IMG/VR virus record: IMGVR_UViG_3300021197_001489
Coordinates: 124,001-188,000 of that record
Direction: 5' to 3' (one strand)
DNA length: 64,000 nt
The stretch's first letter is position 1. The number at the start of each line of letters is the position of its first letter. The notes beneath the pieces were generated by a model. The model saw only the letters and a program-made list of their open reading frames with translations. It searched no databases and was not told the origin of the DNA. Shown here piece after piece: positions 57,967 through 64,000 of the stretch. The position numbers were made by a program, and so were the translations under genes.

Positions 57967-58584
57967 ATGGCCGTATCATCGCTAACAAGAATGACAGTGC
58001 CTTTGGCCAGTGACCAATCAAGTCCAACCCAAGGTCTGTTAATGCCAAAACTAAAATACCGCTACCGTGTGGTATTTGAAAACCTTGGTGTAACTACACC
58101 TAGAACAGAGCTTACCAAACAGGTAATGACATTTAATCGTCCAACGATTAACTTTGAAGAGATTGAAATTCCAATCTACAACAGTCGTATGTATCTAGCA
58201 GGACGTCAAACATGGGATGCAGTAGGTGCAACTTTCCGTGACGATGCCGGCGGACACGTTAGTCGACTGATTGGAGAGCAATTACAAAAGCAAATGGATA
58301 CCATGGAGCAGGCTTCAGCTAGTTCTGGTATTGATTACAAGTTCACTACACGTTGTGAAGTACTTGACGGTGGCAACGGCACAAGCGCACCAGTTGTACT
58401 TGAGACTTGGGAACTATATGGTTGCTTCTTAGTAAGTGCTAACTATGGTGATCTTGATTATGGTTCAAACGATCCAGCAACTATTGAAATATCAATTCGC
58501 TATGATAATGCTGTTCAAACACCACTTGGTACAGGCATTGGCTCTACAGTAGGAAGAACACTAGGCGACGTCGTAACTGGCTAA
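57967..58584 (+). CDS. gp19: Tail tube protein (T4 gp19-like)
   Basis: Follows the sheath; 'LMPKLKYRYRV', 'WELYGCF', 'LDYGSNDPATIEISIRYDNA'; ATAAATA at 57935-57941. Confidence 0.85.
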   Translation: MAVSSLTRMTVPLASDQSSPTQGLLMPKLKYRYRVVFENLGVTTPRTELTKQVMTFNRPTINFEEIEIPIYNSRMYLAGRQTWDAVGATFRDDAGGHVSRLIGEQLQKQMDTMEQASASSGIDYKFTTRCEVLDGGNGTSAPVVLETWELYGCFLVSANYGDLDYGSNDPATIEISIRYDNAVQTPLGTGIGSTVGRTLGDVVTG

Positions 58585-58597
58585 TAAGGAGTAACTT

Positions 58598-59794
58598 ATG
58601 GCCTTTGGTGAAGACTTTCTTAAAGGATTTTTTGGCAGCGATTTCTTAAAAGACTATACGCATGCTAGCAAGACGTTCCGTAGCGATAACGGTGCGCTTG
58701 CTCCGCGCAGGAAATTTCTTTTCCATGTTGTGTTCAATCTAAATGTGCAACAAATTCCGCAGTTGCGCAACGTATTTCAAACACAAGACCTGGACAACCT
58801 AAGTTTGCTAGTAAAAGAAGTTAAACTTCCTAGCTACAAGTTCAGTGTTGACACAATGAATCAGTATAACAGAAAACGTAAAGTTCAAACACAAATTGAA
58901 TATGATCCAATTACATGTATTATGCATGATGATGCAAGCGACCTATCTAGAGAAATGTGGTACAACTACTATGCGTATTACTACAAAGATGCCAGTCAGA
59001 AATATTGGGATGCCGCAGTAACCAATGGCAGTATGGGACAGAATGCGCAGGGTGTTAACCCGGGTGCTGCATATCCATACAACTACAGAGATATCTACAC
59101 ACAAGATAGAGAAATAAACGACTGGGGCTACATAGGCGAAAGTTATACAGACGGCGCAAGAGCAGGCAAACCAGCATTTTTCCGCGACATTACAATCTTT
59201 GGCTTCAATGATCACAAATGGGCAGCATACACACTGATTAACCCTATTATCAGCTCGTTCGAGCATGATACCTACAACTACACCGAAGGTGCTGGCATTA
59301 TGCAAAATACTTTTACCTTTGATTATGAAACAGTTAAGTACTATAACGGAGCTCTTACAGGTACCAAACCAGATGGCGGCATACCGAGCTTTGCAAATCC
59401 TGGTAGTTATGATACAGTGCAGTCACCGTTGTCTCGCCCAGGCAGCGCGGGTACTATATTTGGTAATGGCGGCTTGATTGACGCGGCAGCAGGTATTGTT
59501 ACAGATTTAAGTGCTGGAAATTTAGCTGGTGTTGTTGGTGCAATACAAAAAGGCGGAACAGCATTTGAAACGTTTAGAGGTAGAGATTTGCAATCAATAT
59601 TGAAAACAGAATCACGTGACATATTAAGAAACACAATCAAGCAGGATTTACCAGGCGCAGCCCGCGGTGCGCTATTTCCAAAGGCACCTGTGCAACAAGC
59701 AGTTGGTATCAATGCTCCAGCTACACCAAAATCAGCAACGGCTACAGTAAGCAACGGCCCTATTACAGTTCCTAGCCAGACCAAGGTACAATAA
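58598..59794 (+). CDS. Second tail-tube-like protein
   Basis: 'VKEVKLPSYKF.VDTMNQYNRKR', 'LINPIISSFEHD..Y...TF.YE', plus a low-complexity C-terminal tail. Confidence 0.6.
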   Translation: MAFGEDFLKGFFGSDFLKDYTHASKTFRSDNGALAPRRKFLFHVVFNLNVQQIPQLRNVFQTQDLDNLSLLVKEVKLPSYKFSVDTMNQYNRKRKVQTQIEYDPITCIMHDDASDLSREMWYNYYAYYYKDASQKYWDAAVTNGSMGQNAQGVNPGAAYPYNYRDIYTQDREINDWGYIGESYTDGARAGKPAFFRDITIFGFNDHKWAAYTLINPIISSFEHDTYNYTEGAGIMQNTFTFDYETVKYYNGALTGTKPDGGIPSFANPGSYDTVQSPLSRPGSAGTIFGNGGLIDAAAGIVTDLSAGNLAGVVGAIQKGGTAFETFRGRDLQSILKTESRDILRNTIKQDLPGAARGALFPKAPVQQAVGINAPATPKSATATVSNGPITVPSQTKVQ

Positions 59795-59796
59795 CA

Positions 59797-60156
59797 ATGA
59801 CAACAGTAAATTACACAAATCCCAAAACCGATCCTACAGTCAGGGTATTTGATGAATTTTACCAACGTGAATTGGTCATTGATGCAAACATCTATGACAA
59901 TGTACTAAGTTTCTTTAATAGTATCTTTGCTGATCCACTAGCTGCTAAAAACTTTACGCTTACAGTTTTTACTATCAGTGAAGATTCAGGTACACCTGTT
60001 GAGACATTGTTGACCGAACTGAGCGACCAAAACCAAGTGCAAATTACAGCAACCCTTGCATATTACCTAAATAACCTACGCAGCAATAGCACACTGCTAG
60101 GAATTAAGACCACAGCAACTCCAAATCAATTCGCAGCCCGCAACGTCTTCATATAG
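59797..60156 (+). CDS. Hypothetical protein
   Basis: 119-aa ORF in the tail operon. Confidence 0.65.
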   Translation: MTTVNYTNPKTDPTVRVFDEFYQRELVIDANIYDNVLSFFNSIFADPLAAKNFTLTVFTISEDSGTPVETLLTELSDQNQVQITATLAYYLNNLRSNSTLLGIKTTATPNQFAARNVFI

Positions 60157-60163
60157 GTGACCT

Positions 60164-60604
60164 ATGGCTAATAACTATCAGCAAGGTTACTACACAGTTC
60201 TAAATCAAGCAAAGTATGCAGGCAAAAAAGCACCCAAATACCGTAGTGGATGGGAATTGGCTTTCATGCGTTTCTGCGACAGCAACGATAACATTGTAAG
60301 TTGGGCAAGCGAAAGTCTTGTTATTCCTTATCGGAATCCACTTACTGGTAAACCAACACGCTACATTCCAGACTTTCTCATACAGTACAAGAATAGGCAC
60401 AATCAAGTTATTACAGAGTTAATTGAAATTAAACCCAAGAAACAAAGTATACTGGAAAGCAAAGCATCAAACAGAGACAAAGCAATTGTTGCGGTAAATT
60501 ATGCTAAGTGGGACGCTGCTACCAAATGGTGTGCAAGAAACGGTTTAAAATTTAGAGTGATAACAGAAGACGATATCTTCCGTCAAGGCGGCAAACGCCG
60601 GTAA
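60164..60604 (+). CDS. gp4: Head completion nuclease (T4 gp4-like, TnsA-type)
   Basis: 'YRSGWE..FM.FCD....IVSWASE', 'YIPDF', 'IEIKPKKQ', 'KWDAA..WC..NG.KF..ITE'. Confidence 0.9.
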   Translation: MANNYQQGYYTVLNQAKYAGKKAPKYRSGWELAFMRFCDSNDNIVSWASESLVIPYRNPLTGKPTRYIPDFLIQYKNRHNQVITELIEIKPKKQSILESKASNRDKAIVAVNYAKWDAATKWCARNGLKFRVITEDDIFRQGGKRR

Positions 60605-60612
60605 ATACCCAT

Positions 60613-61119
60613 ATGACACGGAAACTAGAAGAACTATTTGAATTACCAACGGATTCAGTGGACGATGGTTTGGCCAACGAAGTAACGCCAGATAATGTTC
60701 CTGATCCTACACCTGAAAACATGCCTGCTATGCAAAATGCACTGAGCGAGCTTGACAAAGTTCAAGCAGCATTACCGCAGGTCCGAGGACTCGAAGCCAG
60801 TGATCAAGAAATGGATGATCTTGCTGTAAAAGCATCGAAGAGCTTTGATGACCTGATGGACTTGGGAATGAACGTTGATAGTCGATGGGCAAGCGACATT
60901 TTTGGGGTTGCAAGCACAATGCTCGGGCATGCTATTACTGCTAAAACTGCCAAGCTAAACAAAAAACTCAAGATGGTTGATTTACAACTGAAAAAAGCCA
61001 CACTGGATGCACGACAAGCAGCCAACAGCGACAATGATATTGCAACAGGGACTGGTGTTGTACTTGACAGAAACGCACTTTTAGATCGGCTGTTGAACAA
61101 AGACAAAGATGAAAAGTAA
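60613..61119 (+). CDS. gp16: Terminase small subunit (T4 gp16-like)
   Basis: Helical; 'DLMDLGMNV..R' and a C-terminal 'VLDRNALLDRL'; GTAAATA at 60601-60607. Confidence 0.65.
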   Translation: MTRKLEELFELPTDSVDDGLANEVTPDNVPDPTPENMPAMQNALSELDKVQAALPQVRGLEASDQEMDDLAVKASKSFDDLMDLGMNVDSRWASDIFGVASTMLGHAITAKTAKLNKKLKMVDLQLKKATLDARQAANSDNDIATGTGVVLDRNALLDRLLNKDKDEK

Positions 61120-61155
61120 ACAGATTTTGCTAAATACTGCATAGGGGAATAAACG

Positions 61156-61815
61156 ATGAAATCATTCGCACAATACTTGACAGAGACACGCCAAACATTT
61201 GATTATCGAATCAAAATTTGTGGCGACGTAACTGCTGAACAGGTCAACGAGCTAGAAGAAAAACTTCAGCAGTTTGATGTTATTAAAATGTCAGAACCAA
61301 AGAAAACACCGATCCAGAAAACACTTCCAGATTTTCCAGGTGTTGAAAACGAAAGTATGTCAATTATTGACGTTACTTTTAACTATCCAACAACGCCGCC
61401 GCAGATGATACAGATTGCGCGATTGTTAGGTATGGATCCAAATAGAATGTGTATCCAAGACACACAATATGCTGACAGTATTGATCAAGAACGTGCAGAT
61501 TACGAAGCACAACCTAATCCAGTACTAGGTGCAGATTACGAACCAGACACTGCTGAAGCAAAAGAAGCCAGCGAATATTACGGCGCAGATCCCTATAAGC
61601 GCAAAGTAGTTGGCAATGAATATAGCAGTGATTTTACAATTGCAGGCGGTGCTGATCCAGATATTTTCCCATCAGGCCCGCTATACACAACAGATTACCC
61701 TAATAGTACAGATAGCCCAATTATGGGTACTAACAAGATTCCAAAGGTTACCAGTTCCGCTGGTGATTCAGCGCCAGAGAATCGCAAAAACGGCCCTCCA
61801 GGCAAGAACAGTTAA
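61156..61815 (+). CDS. Hypothetical late protein
   Basis: CTAAATA at 61130-61136; 'MKSFAQYLTE' N-terminus resembles gp21-processed head proteins. Confidence 0.65.
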   Translation: MKSFAQYLTETRQTFDYRIKICGDVTAEQVNELEEKLQQFDVIKMSEPKKTPIQKTLPDFPGVENESMSIIDVTFNYPTTPPQMIQIARLLGMDPNRMCIQDTQYADSIDQERADYEAQPNPVLGADYEPDTAEAKEASEYYGADPYKRKVVGNEYSSDFTIAGGADPDIFPSGPLYTTDYPNSTDSPIMGTNKIPKVTSSAGDSAPENRKNGPPGKNS

Positions 61816-61827
61816 AGGAACGGAAAC

Positions 61828-63471
61828 ATGGACAACATTTATAAAGTATTAGAAAAATACGATCAAGTAATGGAAGACAATGCGGCTGTTGATGCTAGCA
61901 AGATGAACAAGCAAGCAAATTACAAGCCATTTGGTAAAAGCGACAAAGACTATGAAACTGGTCTGCCAAGGGATGCTAAGAAGGACAAAATGTTTGATGA
62001 CATGGCGGCTGTTGATGCAAGCAAAATGAACAAGCAGGCAAACTATACGCCGTTTAGCGACAAACAAAGTCCAGATGGGTTACCAGAGAAGAAAAAAGAT
62101 AACAAGATGTTTGAAAAAGAGTCTGATGTTGAAAGAGATGATCGTGCAGAAAAAGCAGGACGTGAAGTAAAGCGTGATGCAAAATATGATCACTATCGGC
62201 ATGCTGGTAAAGATGGCAAGTCAGTAACCAAAGACATTGAGTATGATGAGAAGCATGACAAAGATGGAATGCACGAAGCTCAAGGCTATGACGATAAAGA
62301 AGACGAGTCAATGGGTATGCGTACTGGCAAAGAGTCAGACAAAAAGCAGTCAATGAAAGATCGTAGAGATGATTCCTATGGGAAATTTGGCAAACGTGAT
62401 AAAGAACACGAAGATGGAAAGATGCACATGGGTGAAAACTCAGGCACACTTAAAGACGCAGCCAGACAAGGCGTGTTAGCACGTTTAGCAGAACTAGCCG
62501 GTGTACCAGCACAAGAAATTGAAGAAGCACTAGGTACTCCACAAGAGATTGCAAACAAGATTATGTCTGAAAATCCACTTGATGAAGCAGACGTCGAAGA
62601 AGGTAATGCATTCTCAGGTGCTATGGCACAAGCTAAAAAAGATGGCAAAGATGATTTTGAAGTTGACGGCAAGAAGTACAAAGTATCTGAAGCTGAGATG
62701 GAAGAAGATCACATGGACATGAAAACACTCAAATGTAAAGAGTGTGGTGATATGCTTGGCATGCCAACTACAGATTGTGAATGTGACAGTATGGATCCAA
62801 AAGGTGACAACTGGATTATGGTTGATGTTGACAATGATGGCGATATGGATATGGCAGTTGCAAACGAAGCAGCCAAGCCAGATTTTGCAGATATTGACGG
62901 AGACGGCGACAAAAAAGAAGATATGAAAAAAGCTGCCAAAGACAAAGCCAAGAACGAAGACAAAGTTGAAGAAACCACAGTAGCTGGAGCAATTGCAACA
63001 GATGCTAGCGGCAACGGAAAAGCATTATACAAGCAGGCAAGTGTTTATGAGTCAAACGAAATTGCCCGTGCAGCAAGCAAACTAATGGAAGGCATGGACA
63101 TCAATGTTAGTTTAAGTGACCGAGCTGGTCCCAGTCTAACCATTAATGCAACTGATGAAGATGCAATGAAATTAGGTGGATTGCTTAAACTAGCCGGAAT
63201 TGGTATGAACATGCAGAATGAAATGACTGAAGAGATGGAATTTGCAAATGGTGCAGATGATACTGCAACAGCAGATACAGACACATTGGTTAACGGTATT
63301 GCTGGCGGACTAAACGGTCCAAAGATGCAAGTGAACCCAAACAACATGGCTGATAATCCGCTTGCTATGAAAGGTATGAAAAATAACTCAGTCAACCTTG
63401 GTGAGTCAGAGCTTGAAGAAACAAGTGCAAGTCATTTAATGGAACTTTACAAGGAATACAAAGCAAAATGA
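61828..63471 (+). CDS. Acidic low-complexity internal head-like protein
   Basis: Many [LVIM]xE motifs, a 41-aa internal duplication and DxDxDG motifs. Confidence 0.65.
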   Translation: MDNIYKVLEKYDQVMEDNAAVDASKMNKQANYKPFGKSDKDYETGLPRDAKKDKMFDDMAAVDASKMNKQANYTPFSDKQSPDGLPEKKKDNKMFEKESDVERDDRAEKAGREVKRDAKYDHYRHAGKDGKSVTKDIEYDEKHDKDGMHEAQGYDDKEDESMGMRTGKESDKKQSMKDRRDDSYGKFGKRDKEHEDGKMHMGENSGTLKDAARQGVLARLAELAGVPAQEIEEALGTPQEIANKIMSENPLDEADVEEGNAFSGAMAQAKKDGKDDFEVDGKKYKVSEAEMEEDHMDMKTLKCKECGDMLGMPTTDCECDSMDPKGDNWIMVDVDNDGDMDMAVANEAAKPDFADIDGDGDKKEDMKKAAKDKAKNEDKVEETTVAGAIATDASGNGKALYKQASVYESNEIARAASKLMEGMDINVSLSDRAGPSLTINATDEDAMKLGGLLKLAGIGMNMQNEMTEEMEFANGADDTATADTDTLVNGIAGGLNGPKMQVNPNNMADNPLAMKGMKNNSVNLGESELEETSASHLMELYKEYKAK

Positions 63472-64000
63472 GTCTAAAGAAATACATCACTGAGAGTGAA
63501 AGAGCGCAAGCCTTTATGGTCGAAGGCGATGTGTTTACAGTTGCAGTCAATGAAGAACTTGCACTGGAGTTTGATGTGGTTAGCCACACAGATGACAGCG
63601 TAGTTGTCGAAACAGATGACTTTGGGACAACAGTGCTTGAGCATTGCGGTTGCCACATGATTGCAGACGACGATAAGGAAGTTACAGAAGATACTATAGA
63701 CGAAGCAAGAAATTGTGGTTGTGGACAGACACCTTGTATAACATACGGTAATAAAAATGAATCAAATGAAGAAGTTGCTGAAGATCGTGAAGTAATGGTT
63801 AGAGCAAGAGACATTCGTTTTGCTGGGTCAGCACTTGATAAACTTCCAACAGACTTAAATGTAAAAGTAATGGCCAATCCTGGTGATGATGACGAAGCAA
63901 TTTATGATATGGTTGCAGATGAACTAGAAGATCGATATGGGGTCAAAGTAAGTGGCTTTCATATGCAGATGACAGAAGCTGAAGACAGTCATGTACACGA
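63468..64000 (+). CDS. Acidic protein, truncated by window edge
   Basis: Not in the track. ATG overlaps the upstream TGA; reads MSLKKYITESERAQAFMVEGDVF... open to the end of the window. Confidence 0.7.
   Translation, partial: MSLKKYITESERAQAFMVEGDVFTVAVNEELALEFDVVSHTDDSVVVETDDFGTTVLEHCGCHMIADDDKEVTEDTIDEARNCGCGQTPCITYGNKNESNEEVAEDREVMVRARDIRFAGSALDKLPTDLNVKVMANPGDDDEAIYDMVADELEDRYGVKVSGFHMQMTEAEDSHVH

Noticed and set aside
60164-60604. TnsA transposase / mobile element
   Set aside because: The sequence and position match the T4 gp4 head-completion nuclease. No TnsB, inverted repeats or target duplication are seen.
1-64000. Stop-codon reassignment (alternative genetic code)
   Set aside because: Core genes are full length and tile densely under the standard code.

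Overview
This 64 kb window is part of a large T4-like (myovirus) dsDNA phage genome and consists mostly of virion morphogenesis genes. It contains baseplate hub and wedge genes, a gp55-type late sigma factor, a gp47/gp46 nuclease pair, a tape measure gene, the portal-core-protease-scaffold-major capsid block, a ~19 kb cassette of five repeat-rich fibre/adhesin genes, neck, sheath, tube, head-completion and small-terminase genes, and acidic internal head proteins. I see no tRNA, rRNA, CRISPR array, reverse transcriptase or integrase. All family assignments are made by eye from motifs and synteny, not from database searches. The strongest leads are: (1) a ~540-nt ORF-free, highly base-paired region directly behind a minimal GIY-YIG nuclease gene, a candidate large ncRNA/nuclease pair; (2) a slippery A-AAT-TTT-TTC site at the end of the gp26-like gene that would fuse it by -1 frameshift to the next ORF, as in lambda G/GT; (3) a three-gene module with an aminoacyl-tRNA-protein-transferase-like GNAT; (4) two structured late-mRNA leaders, one an H-type pseudoknot and one a two-state hairpin next to the RBS.
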